Shown here: positions 22,199-35,468 of the stretch, piece by piece
Layout: every line of letters begins with the position of its first letter
Position numbering within the stretch: position 1 is the stretch's first letter
Source of the DNA: Alloascoidea hylecoeti
Taxonomy: Eukaryota
DNA: 64,000 nucleotides
Assembly: GCA_001600815.1 (NCBI GenBank)
Contig: BCKZ01000025.1
Span: forward strand, 124,001-188,000
Reading direction: 5' to 3'
The notes under the pieces: model-generated
What the model was told of the DNA's origin: nothing
Database searches by the model: none
Seen by the model: the letters and a program-made list of their open reading frames with translations, nothing else
Position numbers and translations under genes: made by a program

Positions 22199-23033
22199 TT
22201 ACATTACAACACAACAACAACCTCCAGATTTCTCATTTAACTCTACTGCTGGCTTTGATTGATTGATTCTCGAGTTTCCAGCAACCGTAGTTTGATTCAC
22301 AACTGCGGTATTTCCACCGCTTGAAGTGGCAGAACCAGTTGCATCTTGAACTTCAGGTTTAGGACTTGGTTGGGCATTTGGATCAACAGTGATTTCTCCA
22401 CTATCTTCAATAATTAAACATTTACCATTTTCGGCAAATTCAGGATTTTGATTATAGACTTTAATCAATCTCACCAGATTGTAAAATGCTTCTTCAACGT
22501 TGATCTTTCTTTTGGCGGATGCCTCCAAGAAAGGACAGTTAAATTGTTTAGCTAATTTTTGGCCTTCCTCAGTTGAAACCTGTCTATCAGAATCCAAGTC
22601 GCTTTTATTACCGATGACAATACAAGGGAAATAGTCTTTATCCTTAACGCGTAGAATTTGCTGTTGAAATTGTAAGATCTCTTCAAAGGAAGACCTAGAA
22701 TCAATGGCATAAACTAAAATGAAACCTTCACCCGTTCTCATGTATTGTTCTCTCATTGCAGAGTACTCCTCTTGTCCTGCTGTATCCAGTATGTCCAACG
22801 TTGTAACTTCTTGATCAATGACACATTGCTTTCTGTAAGAATCTATGAATATAGTTGTTAGTTTTCATTTTTTTCATTTTAAATAAAAGGAGTCAAAAAT
22901 AAAGATATGTACCCTCAATTGTAGGATCATATTCATCTACAAAGTGACTCTGTATCAGTTGAATGGTAAGTGCTGATTTACCAACGCCCCCACCGCCGAC
23001 GACTACTAGCTTGAATTCTTTTGCAAATTGAGC
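22199..23033 (-). CDS. RAS1: Ras GTPase; exons 23033-22913 and 22842-22199; first exon and start codon unresolved
   Basis: [59 protein letters not shown] and C-terminal CCCVVM CaaX box. RAS1 versus RAS2 naming cannot be settled. Confidence 0.93.
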
Positions 23034-24076
23034 CTAAAAACAGAAAAATATAATTCAAGAAGAAAAATACCCCTATGATGGCAACCGGGGATATATGAGA
23101 GCTCGAGGTAATTGAATAGTCCAAAAGTAGGAGAAAAGAGTAGCAAATTTCCAAGTCCAACCCCAAACTATCATTATTTAATTTAGGAAGTTTGTGTATA
23201 TGCATACCAGAAAAAATAGACGTTGTCAAGAACAATCCGGCGGGCAACAAAAAATAGTAGAGGAGTAGAGAACAAACAATCTCATCTTCCTCGTTGAATA
23301 TTTCTGGTATGGTCTTGGAATAATTTTAAAATAAACAAATAGTGGAAATGGGAGGTTGCTTATTGGATCTTTCATATATATAGTGCCTTTCATCACGGAC
23401 AAAGCACGACTTGGATTTGCTACTCGAAGGCCATTCTTTTCTGCTCCAACCCGTCTAATTATAGAACTGGGCCGGTATATATCCCCGTTTAACCAACAAT
23501 AGAAAGTATATTAATAAATTAAAGGGCGTTAGTCTCGGTTATTTTGCTAGTAAGCAAATAAGCAGATAATTTGCAACAAATGAGGAATGAGAGGACTATC
23601 TTCTTAATCTCAAGAATATTAATATCGCAAAACTTAGTCCCAGTGATTGAATAAATAAAACACAATCTCCCGATGAAAAGAATGCAATAAAGAGCTTCGT
23701 AATCATAATTATAATCCAATAAATTCTTCCTTTTAGAAAACCCACCAGCAAAATATATTTCTGAACGAAAATTGCGATCCTCCAATCCTCAAGTTGTGAA
23801 ATATTAAATACATACCTTTGACATTTTGTGTATCTTCTTTTTGTTGTTGGAGTAATAAGAAATAAGTGCAACAATGAGATTGTGGGTGGAAAGAAAGTTA
23901 GAAGTTAGGAGGAAGGAAGTTTGTGTTTGTCTTTGTGTTTTTTGTAATTCATAGACTAATTTTGAATTTTGACTTAAACTAAACCTCCTTTTTTCGAAAA
24001 TTAGTGTAAATTCAAACGTAAATTAAAGTACAACTTTAAGCCCTATAACTATAGCTATATATCTAAATTAATTCCA

Positions 24077-25391
24077 TTATTTACCACCCATAGCTCCCAG
24101 ATGATGTTCAACAATCTCATAAGTTATATTTCCTCTCATCTTGTGTTTACAATCTTCACAATACCATTTTTTTCGTTGGGGAGGTGCGCTCAACCCAATA
24201 CACTGTAAATGAAACCATTCCCGTTTGCAGTCTGGACCATCGCAGGCAACCATCGCTCCGTATGAGCCCTGTTGACAGTAGCAATAGACTGGTTCCGCAG
24301 TTCCATATTTCATGGGAACAATCCTATATTTTTACAAATGATTAGTAAATCTAAAACAAAGTTTATCATCGAAAAAATAAGAATCATGCAACTTACTCTG
24401 TGGTCTTTTTAGGAGGTTGTCTCTTCTTTTGCGGTGTTAGTGGTCTATCGGGATCGTTATTGGTCTCAAAGTTTTGTTGAGATGTCACAGGAGAATTTAA
24501 CATCACATTATCCTCTGTTTCATGTTTTGATAAAGATGCTGAAACAGCTGTTGCATAATTATTGTTTAATGTAGGATGATTATTGGAATGAAAAACTTTT
24601 CTTCTCTTGGTACCTGCACCGCTTGGTGTCGCTTCTTTTGAGACTTTCCCTCCATCATTATTATGTTTCCCCCTTGATCTGCCAGAATCGGATCCATTTC
24701 CGTTTGTACTACTACCTCCTCTAATACCACGGCCGGTGCCTGGAGTAGCCGACCTACCATGTTCAGTCCCACTATCATGAACTGCAGCAGCCGCTGCCTT
24801 CTTTGCTGCCATAGCCTCCCTTCTGACTTCACTTCGTGCTGCTGGTGCTGATTTTTCAGGTGCCTTGTTTTCAGGTTTGTAAGCTGGGTGCTCTTTTGGT
24901 CCATACTGAACCATTTCAGGAATCTCTCCCTCTCGAATAATATCATAATCATAATCCATTCGCGATAAGTGTCTTGCAATTGCATCAGTAGCAACACTTG
25001 CAACGTGCATTTTCTCCTCAAGGCAAGGCATTAATTCTCGTATTAATCCTCTTATCTGGGCTAATAACTCTTCTCGCCCACGATTTATTTCCTCAGATTT
25101 CTTAATTTGTTCTTCCGTCGGCTCAGGTGGTAGGTGCACCTGTGAGACTGGAATAGATAGGAATAGTTTAATCATTTCTGTGAGCTTTGGAGCAGCTGAA
25201 ACACATTTAGCATTGATTTCTCGAAGTAAAGTGAAATATCGTACTATATCAACGGGAAGTGCTTCGAGGACGTCAGCTAGATCATTAATACCGGGATATA
25301 AGTCGACTGGTTTCTGTCTTCCCCTAGTTTCTAGGCCCTGTCTACCAGAGTTGCGTTGTGAACGTTTTCTAGTTGGAACAATATCGGACAT
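24077..25391 (-). CDS. PHO23: ING-family PHD finger protein of Rpd3L; exons 25391-24397, 24323-24077
   Basis: LYPGINDLADVLEALP..RYFTLLREINAKC N-terminus and PHD finger YCYCQQGSYGAMVACDGPDCKREWFHLQC; GTAAGT intron joins them in frame. Confidence 0.88.
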
Positions 25392-25956
25392 TATATATGA
25401 TGAGGTTGCTTAAGGAAAAAGGATATCGATTAGGTAGCATAAAGTTACCCGGAATAACTTCCAGCCAGAGGTTTGGTAAGCCACTAATCTTAGTTTTCAT
25501 TTAACTCAAGCTCAAAACTTGGTGTATAAATTTTACATATATATATTCCCTCATATCAATATTTTTTATATAAAAATTCTATAAACAGTGCACGAAGGAA
25601 TTTCGATAAATCCAAGTTTTAACATAATATTTTTTATATTCAAATCCGGGTGAGATCATAAAACTTCAAGGGAGAGTGCATATAAAGTTATACTGTAAGA
25701 AGTCGTTATATGATATTCGCAAGAAAGTGAAACCCTATATAAAAAGCATCTGGTATTTTTGCTTCCACATAACTGAGTTTATTTTTTACAGTACTTGGTT
25801 GGATCTAGCGTATCATTGCGGGAATATCTTATTCCGCCTAAAGTTATCACTAATCATTAGTCTAGCTCGCTTTTAAATTTTATCATTAGGCAGAGGATTT
25901 TTGTTACTATGGTATTTCATAAAAATGTATATTATATTTATAGTAAAATTATATAT

Positions 25957-28900
25957 TTATACAAGAAGGTTCTTCTTTGCCAAAATATGTTCAATTTCAC
26001 TAACAAATCGGCTAAATGATTTCTTACTTCCTTTAGAACGACTGAAAATTATAGAACTTGGTATAGGATTCATTCTACTTCTCGATGGATTCACGTCTAT
26101 CGTAAATACTGTTGGCTTTAAAGAAAATGCATTACGCTTTTCAATAGAACCAGAAATTGTTTTTGAACCTGGATCATATTTTAGGTCGATTAAACCATAT
26201 TTTTTCCAAGTTTCCAGTGTAAATATAATTTCTTCTCTGATGATTTGCGGGTTTGTATTTGAGAATAATGATTTGGTAGATTTAGCCTCCGTAGTGATGT
26301 TAAGCAGTCTAGATATCCAGCTCTGTTGAATCGTCGGTTGCGCTGCAAAAATAGGTACAACTATAGGGCTACTTTTATCGGGAGCTATTGTGGGTCTGTG
26401 AGTTGTTTGTGAGGATGGAGCAGCGGGGGCATGGCGTTGAGGAAATAGCTTATTGAAGAAAGAACTGCCTCTTCTAGGAGGAGCAGGAGGAATATTAAAA
26501 GATACCGTTCTTTTCTTAATATCAGTTTTCGTTCCTTTTGCTTTTTTGGAAAAATCAAATGGTTTATTTGTGTCTTTGACTCTCTCAGAAACAGACTGAA
26601 TTCGATTATTATTTACAAATTCAGCGGTAATTGTTGAAAGTGGTCGTCGTTTCCTGATCATCTTTTGATCAGGACTTAATGGTAAAACATCTTTTTCAGG
26701 GACTACCCTGATCGACTGCTTACTATTCATTCTCTTTGAATATGCCTCCGATTTATGTTTGTTAAAAACACGATCATTTGAAGGTTTAATATTCTCTTTA
26801 TCAATCTCAAATTCAAATTTCTCCTGGGGAATAATTGGTGTAAGGGGAGATGGAGGACTTCCATATGAGAAAACCGTTCTGAGTTGATTATCACTATACT
26901 GCGTATCACTACTATCTTGACGATAAAATGTATTCAAAGATTGGATTATCGAATCATCTTTTACCTTACTGAATACTTTTGAAGGATCCAAGTATGGTAA
27001 GAGACATGACTCAAGAGTTCCAGTTGTACTTATTGCATCCCCTTTTTCAAGGAGATAATTAGAAGTTGATATTGAGCTATGAAATGCTCTGTTCCAATCA
27101 GTTTCAAAAGTATCTTTCTCCTTACTGTTGCATATAGGTTTGGGGGTAAATTCATAACTATTGATAATATTCAGTTGCCGACTACCTGATTTACCTTTGT
27201 ATTGAATAACATTGCTTCCAGAAAGGTCGATGATATTCCCTCTTTTAATTTTATGGATTTCAAGGTCGGTAGAAAAGGTTGTATCCATGGTATAAATTGA
27301 TGTTCCGCCAGTTGATCCAGTATTTTCAGTACAATTTCTAGTATGCTGCTTATAAGTTTTTACCCCACTGAAACTAATAGGTCTTTCTGGCATTGAAACA
27401 ATTCTACTTTCATTTTTAGAAAAATTATCAAAAATTGGGCTTGTTCGTGCTGGTACCTCAGATGGTTCAGATATAGCCCTCCAATCTCGTTCTCTTAGTT
27501 TCTTAAATTCGATGTTAGTAATTCTAGGTGGAGCTAAACTGCTGTACTCATTTTGGTTCTTCTCTTTTTCTTTCTCAGTATTTGAATTTGTGTCTGAATT
27601 AAATACATCCTCAATAAAGTCAGCAAATTTTTCAGAAGTGATCTTAGTATCAACAAAATATTCTTTGTACTCATGCAATGATGTTTGTTGAGAATAGCTA
27701 AGAATATCCTTAAGTTTGTGGTTATTTTTAATTACTGCATCATGAACAGCTTGAGGTAAAGATGGAACTGGTGGAGCATCTGCAACTGAATAAGGATATG
27801 AATTATCAGAATGGGCAGAAGCACCACTAAAGTTTCGTTTATGTGTCTTCTGTTGTTGAGAAGGTACCTGGCGTCTCTTTCGATGATTAAATGAAACGGT
27901 TTTATAAGAATGTGATGCAGGAATTGAATTCTTTGACATGGTTCGTCTCTTTTTATAATTGGAAACTGGAATTTCTCCTCCTTTCAATGCAATTTCAGCT
28001 AATGTACGATTCAAATCAAGTTGGTATTGTGAACTAGATATAATTGAAGCATTCTTAGTCATTTTTAATCTTTTGCTTGACTCTGATCTTAACCTTTTCT
28101 TCTTTTTAGATTGGTTCTTTTTTCTCTGTTCCTTTACATAATCTTCACTTGATTTTTCAGAATGTCTATAATTTAATAATAAGCAATAAAATGTCTTTTC
28201 TGTATTTGGTTTTGGTGATAATAATCTTGAAATGATTGTCTTTTTATCTTCTCCTTGCCATAATGTTACTAAACTTTGTAAAATATCAGTATCAATATCA
28301 CTTATTGTTTTAAGAGATTTTGTTAAAAATGAAAGATTCCCATTTTGTCTTACATTTTTAATTGTATTTGGGTAATATTTGGTAACTAGAGGATGTTGTA
28401 ATATTTCCTTTGATGTCAATCGACGTCTCGGGTCTATCTGCAACATTCTTCTGATTAAATCTTTTGCCTCGAGAGATAGATCATCGGGCATCATATAACT
28501 TCCTTGCTGAACTTTTAAAAGTAAACGTCTTATATTTTCATCATCAAATGGTAATCTTCCAGTTAATAATGCAAATAGAATAACACCACAAGACCAAATG
28601 TCCGTTGGGGGGCCATGATAACTTAAACCAGATACAATTTCAGGTGAAGCATAATGTGGTGAACCGCAAGAAGTTTCAAGTAATCTTCCATTTTTCTCCA
28701 AAGCAGCCATACCAAAATCAGCTATTTTGATGTTATTATCATCATCTAGTAATAAATTTTCTGGTTTAAGATCTCGATGACTAGATTTTTCGAAGAATTG
28801 CGTTAGCGCCGTACATAATAGTTACAAACCAAATAAAAAGAATAACTTACCAAATATTGAAACTATGACAATAATGAGCACCTAACATTAATTGTCTAAA

Positions 28901-29377
28901 GTATCCAATTGCTTCTTTTTCATCTAGAGGACCTCTACTGACCAAATAATCAAACAATTCACCACCTTCGATATATTCTAAAACCAGAAACAACTCGTCC
29001 GTACTTTCCCAAACATCGTATAATCTCATAACATTAGGATGGTCAATTAATTTCATAATTATTATTTCTCTTTCAATACCGTAAGATAATCCAGGTTCAA
29101 TATCATGATTAACATTAGTTCCAGACCCTATATGGGTTTTCAGGATAATTTTTACAGCGGCCTTTTGACCAGTTTCTGTGTGTTTTGCCAGAACCACTTT
29201 ACCAGTTGAGCCTAGTCCTAATGTTCTTCCTAGCTTCCAAGGGCCAATTAACTGGTTTTTTCTTGATTCTGCACTTGAAGTTGTTGCATTGAAAGACTTA
29301 TAGACATTGGAGGTTTCAATTGGAGAATTAGATACACATTTTACGGGTGCAATTGGATGTACCGCCGTGGTTGTCAT
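25957..29377 (-). CDS. Nim1-family septin-associated Ser/Thr kinase (Gin4/Kcc4/Hsl1-like); exons 29377-28851, 28780-25957
   Basis: IGPWKLGRTLGLGSTGKV, YGIEREIIIMKL, C|HRDLKPEN, DFGMAALE, LLETSCGSPHYASPE; KA1-like C-terminus. Confidence 0.93.
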
Positions 29378-29955
29378 TTTGTGATCGTACCAATAAATTC
29401 AAATAATATTAAAACAGGCCAAAATAATAGAAAAAAAGTAATAGAAAAAAAGTAAAAGAAAAAAAAAAAGCAAAACTTGAGAATAGAGAAAAGATTTAAA
29501 GAAAGCAAAAAAATAGAATTGAAAGCAACCAATTTTAAACAAGTGATAGACTGACAGCTGGAATACATTTTAGGTTTAATGATGCTTTACTTATTTATAT
29601 GGATTTGAGTTCTTTGTGTCCCGTTAATAGTTAAACATAAACAAAAACACAAATTTAAATTAAAACAATTGAAACTTCCTGTGGCTTCGTGCAACTCTGC
29701 AATATGCCAACTTAGATCATCTCTCCCGTATTCAAGTCATCCGGAAGAAGCTTGTTACAAACACATAGATTTTACAGGTTATGATTGATATAATTGATCG
29801 TTGATGGTGAGAGCATTTATTTATTGTAATTAGCTAGCCCAAAAAACAAACTTGCACTAAAAAGTATATTCAATTAGTTTAACAGCACAAGAAACTTAAT
29901 CACCGTAGTTATATCAATTTTCCTCAAATCTAAAAGAACAAAACAATAACATGCC

Positions 29956-29974
29956 TGTTTACAAAAAGACGCGT
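29956..29974. promoter_or_regulatory. Forkhead-like TGTTTAC and MCB-like ACGCGT in the kinase/DPP1 divergent promoter
   Basis: Exact motif matches; function inferred from cell-cycle regulation of this kinase family. Confidence 0.4.
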
Positions 29975-30096
29975 CCTGCATGTTCACATACAGATATGGC
30001 TAAGTTAGAGTTCCGGGTAACTCCATGATAACAATCAATCTGCTTACGTACAACACAACAAAATTATGTCTGGACCTTGAAATAATTAAGCTTGAA

Positions 30097-31050
30097 ATGT
30101 CAGGAAGAGCCTCAATCATCTCAATCAAACATGAGATCATAACCTCCATTAAACTTTTCCAAAAACACTATGGCTTCGATTGGATATTTGTGGTCGTTCT
30201 TTTCCTATACTTTGTTATAATTTCAGAGAATACTCCTCCCTTTCTAAGACAGTTTTCGCTCGATGATGAAACTATTCAACATCCTTTTGCTGATAATGAA
30301 CAAATATCAGGTCCTATGTGTCTGGTCATAGCAAGTTCAGTTCCTTCTATCACTATACTATTGGTATCCTACTTTTCTGTTTCTGATGTTCGTGAACTGG
30401 TAAGACTACTACACATGTCCTTCCTCGGCTTAGCTGTTTCACTCGTTCTATGTGGTTTTTTAACCGACACATTGAAAAATTGGATTGGGCGCCCCAGACC
30501 AGATTTCTTAGCAAGATGTCAACCTGCTGCAAATACACCAACAAATGTTTTGGTTACAATATCTGTTTGTACACAAGAAAATATGAGTAAACTTATTGAT
30601 GGATTTAGAAGCACTCCTTCAGGACACGCGTCTTTTTCTTTTTCTGGTTTATTATACCTTTCTTTGTGGCTTAGTGGCCAGTTTTCAATATTTAGACCAG
30701 GCGTTGAAATTTATCGAGCATTTTGTGCTGGCCTACCAATTATTGGTGCTCTTTATATTTCTATCTCAAGAACAGAAGACTATAGACATCATTTTATTGA
30801 TATATTGTTGGGTGGTTCTATGGGTATTATATTAGCTTGGTTTTCTTATAGAAAATATTTCCCTTCAGTGGCTTCTGAAGATAGTTATATTCCTTATTCT
30901 TTCCCTGGCTCGGTATCAAGGGAGATTAGCGCTTCAAATAATTCACGATCTAATAGGCCGACTGCGGTTTTTGATCTTGAATCTCAAATTCCTTTAGAGG
31001 ATTTAGATCCGGTTTCTAGTACGATACCGATGGTAAGAAGTATTTCGTAA
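30097..31050 (+). CDS. DPP1: PAP2-family lipid phosphate / diacylglycerol pyrophosphate phosphatase
   Basis: KNWIGRPRP, PSGH and SRTEDYRHHFID catalytic motifs. ATG 30097 preferred over 30025 because a CCGGGTAA site sits at 30013-30020. Confidence 0.88.
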   Translation: MSGRASIISIKHEIITSIKLFQKHYGFDWIFVVVLFLYFVIISENTPPFLRQFSLDDETIQHPFADNEQISGPMCLVIASSVPSITILLVSYFSVSDVRELVRLLHMSFLGLAVSLVLCGFLTDTLKNWIGRPRPDFLARCQPAANTPTNVLVTISVCTQENMSKLIDGFRSTPSGHASFSFSGLLYLSLWLSGQFSIFRPGVEIYRAFCAGLPIIGALYISISRTEDYRHHFIDILLGGSMGIILAWFSYRKYFPSVASEDSYIPYSFPGSVSREISASNNSRSNRPTAVFDLESQIPLEDLDPVSSTIPMVRSIS

Positions 31051-31653
31051 TAAAATAAGTAACAAGCGCCAGGAAGCATTTGCAAGAAGATATAATCTTA
31101 CATATTAATACATATTATATAAAATCATATACCGGCGCGGTGAAAATAAAAATTATTTATTACTTTTGTTTGGCCAATTAGTTAATTCACGTATTTCATG
31201 TATTGTTGGATATCCACTCTTGAGCAATGAGCAGTCGACAAGAGGTCGTGTGACTTTTTGGGGGTAATTATAACTGTTTCAATTAACATGGTCTTTAATA
31301 TAACTTATATGTATGGGAGCAGACGAAAGGTTGGATTCGGTGCGGCTTGACGATAGGTATTTTCTTATGGATATCTAAGTTTATGCAAACACCTCAGCCA
31401 ATTACAGATTAATCCGTTATAGTATCAGTTATATAAAAGATAGCACTTTTAAACTTTAACCTCAATCCATTATATGTATTACCTAGTCGATTGGAGTCGA
31501 TTGAAGTCGATTGAATTCGTCCCTCAAATCGATATATGTGGTATGACATTCATAAAAATGAATATAAGTATCCTTACAATTATAATATTCGGCAAATAAA
31601 ACAAGAACATTTCATATTGATATTGCAATTAATTCACACTTATTATTGGTATC

Positions 31654-32191
31654 ATGATTGAAAAAATAGTTGATGACTCTCATTATAATATGTACAGAGG
31701 AACCCACGTAGATACTACAATTGCTCTACTCTTCAGTACTGAAAACTGTCATTGTTGTAGGGAAATGAATTCTTTTTTTACACAGCTCTCTGGTACACTT
31801 CTGATCATATTAGTTTTGGCTTTGTGGATCTTAATAATTCGGTATTTTTCAAACTTGAAGAACAACTGAGTATTACAACATTCCCAAGCGTTATTATTTT
31901 CCAAGATGAAGAGGCCATTAGGTATGATGATCCTTTGGCGACACAGTTAATCTTGAGATTGAGTTACTCAAAATATCAAAATTATCTGTTTCAAAGAAGG
32001 ATCATGATCATCCAATTTTAATTGGCGATGGTAGTGATGTTGATCATGGATCTAAATCAGTACCTTTTATGTCATTTACTCTTCCGGATGATGAGAGCGA
32101 TGAAGATCTACCTTACATTTTCGAAGAACAATACGATGATTTGGTTGATTATTCTCACAACTATATTAGTGATTATTCTGCTGAAGAATAA
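31654..32191 (+). pseudogene. Thioredoxin-fold gene broken by two frameshifts
   Basis: Three successive frames read MIEKI..LLFSTENCHCCREMNSFFTQLS / SDHISFGFVDLNN..LSITTFPSVIIFQDEE / FGDTVNLEIELLKISK plus an acidic tail. Confidence 0.65.
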
Positions 32192-32893
32192 ATAGTACAT
32201 TATAGTTTAGAATTTTACATTAGAATATTTGCGTCGTATGTCATAGTTTATTCTAGGATAAATTATTAAGTTACGTAATACTTGTTTAAGCCCGATTTTC
32301 TATTATTTCTAACTCGTATCTTTAATTATGTTTACAACTTACAAGTTTCACAGCTTATAAGATCATTCAATTCAGGCACGCTCAAATATATGTCATTTAG
32401 TTGATCATTTCAAACGTGAAATCTCATTTCCAATGACCTTAAATCGATATTGATTTGCATGCTTTATATTGATGTATTAGCGATATAAAGATAAATGATT
32501 ACGTCAGAAGATGGGGCTGAGATATTTTTATAATATTTAGCACGTGTTTGAGTTATTGAGTGGTTTTAATTGGCCTCAACTGATAAAAATTACCCTAAAT
32601 CATCAGTTACATAATGTGTAAGCTTGGGCTAACATGCATGATACCCTTGGAGTCATATAAATATTATAAATATTCCCTGTGATCATTGTTTTCCTCTACC
32701 TTCAAATTTGCTATATCTTATAAAAGACACTTTGCTTTCTCGATTAAATGACAAAATTGTTGGTCTCGGATCAGACGATAATGGACACTGAAATCTCCTC
32801 TTTAACTGCCTCTTTTTTTAACTACATAAAAAACACACCTAGAAGATAAAAGATTAATCTTTAAGATTTTTGCTAATTTGAATTTTTATTAAA

Positions 32894-34786
32894 ATGAAGT
32901 TATTTGTTTACACAATACTACTACTTGGATTTCTTGTTCAATACACTTTTGGTGCCCCGATCATTTTTCCTGCCTTGTTAACAGAGAATATTCAGAATGT
33001 TATTCAATTTTTAACACCAACTGCTAATAATCAAGAATTAGATGAAGATCGAGATCTGGTTCAACATATTAAACAAGGGACCGAGTCAAGAAAACTTACC
33101 GGACGCTTCTTACATATTACCGATTTACATCCTGATCCATATTACGCAAAGGGTACTGACCCAGATACTGCTTGTCATTATGGTAAACATTTCAGTGAAA
33201 CTGGGAAATATGGCGCACCAAGAACTGAATGCGATTCCCCATTAGCGCTAATAGATGCAACGTTTAAATGGATTGAAGAAAATTTGAAGGGAGAAATTGA
33301 TTTTATAGTATGGACTGGTGATAATGCAAAGCATGACAGTGATAGTTCATTACCAAGAAACTGGAATGAAGTTTTAAAATTAAATGAATACATTGCATCA
33401 AAATTTGTAAAAGTTTTTGGTACAAAAAGTGATGATGGATCAACAGTAATGACAATACCTGTCGTTCCATCAATTGGTAATAATGATGTTTATCCTCATA
33501 ATGTTGTTAAATCCAATCCTACTGAAATTACAAAAGGTCTTTATAATGCTTGGAGAAAATTTATACCACAAGAACAGTATCATATTTTTAAAAATGGTGG
33601 TTATTATATAAAAGAAATAATTCCAAATAAATTGGCAGTTATTTCATTAAATACAATGTATTGGTTTAAACGTAATACTGAAATTGAGAATTGCGATTCA
33701 AAATTTGATCCTGGTAGGAAACATTTTAAATGGTTAGGAGTTGTATTAAAAGAATTAAGAAAGAGAAATATGAAAGTATATTTAAGTGGTCATGTACCGC
33801 CAGTTTCTAAAAATTATGATGAAACATGTTTAAGAAAATATGCTCTATGGGCTTATGAATATCAAGATATTATTATTGGTGCACATTATGGTCATATGAA
33901 TATTGATCATTTTATACCTCTTGATGCTGCCTGGGCTTATGATTCAGTAAGAAGAGATTATGGAGTCGATGCCTTACCATTCGATATTAAAACTGATTTA
34001 TCATCTGCTTTAGAATTTGAACAAAATTTAGATATTGCTACTGAAAATGTTATGCAAATGGATTTTAAAGAAGATTTTGAAATTAAAAATGGTAAAGGAA
34101 AATTAAAATATTTAAATACTCTTAGAGATATTTGTTTTACAAAAATTAAAAAATCCGTTGTTGCTGGATGGTCATTTAAGAATAAGAATAGAGAATTCGA
34201 TGATTCATCGAGATATGTTATATCTCATGTTTCACCACCTCTTGTTCCTAACTATTTTCCAACATTGAGAGTATGGGATTATAATATTACTGATATATCA
34301 AATCCAACAGTTGATCAATATCAATTACAGGAAGATAAATATAAATCATGGGGTGAAATTTCCGAACAATTTGAAAAAGATTATGAATTAGAAATGCTAT
34401 TTGATAAATATATGATCAAAAATAATAAAAATTACAAAAGAATTGATGAAAGTTTCCCACCAAAAAGAAAACATGGTCATAAAAGTTCGGGACCAGGTTA
34501 TACCCCACAATTATTCACGCCCATCAAATATAATCAATTTTTTGCAAATTTAACTGCAATAAGTAATAAAGAATATGAGTTTAAATTTGATTCTGAGTAT
34601 AAAACAGATGAATTTCCTTATAATTTAAATTCAATGATAGCTGATGAATGGATTTCATTGGCTAAACAAATGGCGCCACAAGTTGATGAAGTTGATGAAG
34701 AACAGTTTGTGAAGTCAAATAAATTATGGGAAATTTTTGTTTCTAGAGCGTTTGTGTCTACTGATCTTGAATTCAGAAATATCTAA
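32894..34786 (+). CDS. PPN1: Vacuolar endopolyphosphatase
   Basis: LTGRFLHITDLHPD, WTGDNAKHD, GNNDVYPHN, GHVPP, GHMNIDHF and PNYFPTLRVWDYN motifs; hydrophobic N-terminus. Confidence 0.92.
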   Translation: MKLFVYTILLLGFLVQYTFGAPIIFPALLTENIQNVIQFLTPTANNQELDEDRDLVQHIKQGTESRKLTGRFLHITDLHPDPYYAKGTDPDTACHYGKHFSETGKYGAPRTECDSPLALIDATFKWIEENLKGEIDFIVWTGDNAKHDSDSSLPRNWNEVLKLNEYIASKFVKVFGTKSDDGSTVMTIPVVPSIGNNDVYPHNVVKSNPTEITKGLYNAWRKFIPQEQYHIFKNGGYYIKEIIPNKLAVISLNTMYWFKRNTEIENCDSKFDPGRKHFKWLGVVLKELRKRNMKVYLSGHVPPVSKNYDETCLRKYALWAYEYQDIIIGAHYGHMNIDHFIPLDAAWAYDSVRRDYGVDALPFDIKTDLSSALEFEQNLDIATENVMQMDFKEDFEIKNGKGKLKYLNTLRDICFTKIKKSVVAGWSFKNKNREFDDSSRYVISHVSPPLVPNYFPTLRVWDYNITDISNPTVDQYQLQEDKYKSWGEISEQFEKDYELEMLFDKYMIKNNKNYKRIDESFPPKRKHGHKSSGPGYTPQLFTPIKYNQFFANLTAISNKEYEFKFDSEYKTDEFPYNLNSMIADEWISLAKQMAPQVDEVDEEQFVKSNKLWEIFVSRAFVSTDLEFRNI

Positions 34787-35468
34787 GAGATATGCTAAAT
34801 ATAGTTAAAATTTGTTATTGTTACTGTGGGAAAATATAAAGACATTAAAATCTTTTCAAAAATACTAAAACGATCATTGGGGATTTCTGCATACGTATGA
34901 CTAGTTTAGACTCTAGAGTCTTATTATGCATAATAGAGGTTTAAAATTCTTATTTAAAAGTCAATCTATATAGATTACTGTGAAGATGGTGTTGAATTTT
35001 AGATACTACTCATGAATTCATATTCACTTTATGTAAACCCAGAATATAGTTTATTAATATATTAACTAGTATAACTTTTTCTATTTACAGCGAAATTTCG
35101 TTTTACTTAAGCGCACAAGTTCTTTCAATTTAATCTTTCTCAATGAATTTCCCTGACATTAAACTTCTTACCATCCAAAGAGAGTGGATAAACCTAGGAT
35201 TAAAATAAAAATTTGTTTTAGAAATAAATTATTAGTTAATAACTAAATTTAACAAATTATCCGATTATTAATAGAAAAATTGAAAAGGAAGCGTGAATAT
35301 AAGGTTTTAACTTTATATTAGTTTTATACCATGAATTGGATTACATAACACACTATGTAAATATTAGCATTCAAAATTCTCAAATCCGTCCAGAACTTAA
35401 AAGCTTCCCGCTTTTGGACGATTCTGACAACTTCTACTAATTCTCTCCATTGGAAACTTAATAAATAT

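Noticed and set aside
22978..23250. 90-aa ORF as the RAS N-terminus
   Set aside because: Not in the RAS frame, starts at a non-ATG codon and runs through intron-like sequence.
31484..31520. Three or four copies of a 10-nt unit (AGTCGATTGr)
   Set aside because: Short local slippage repeat with no further structure.
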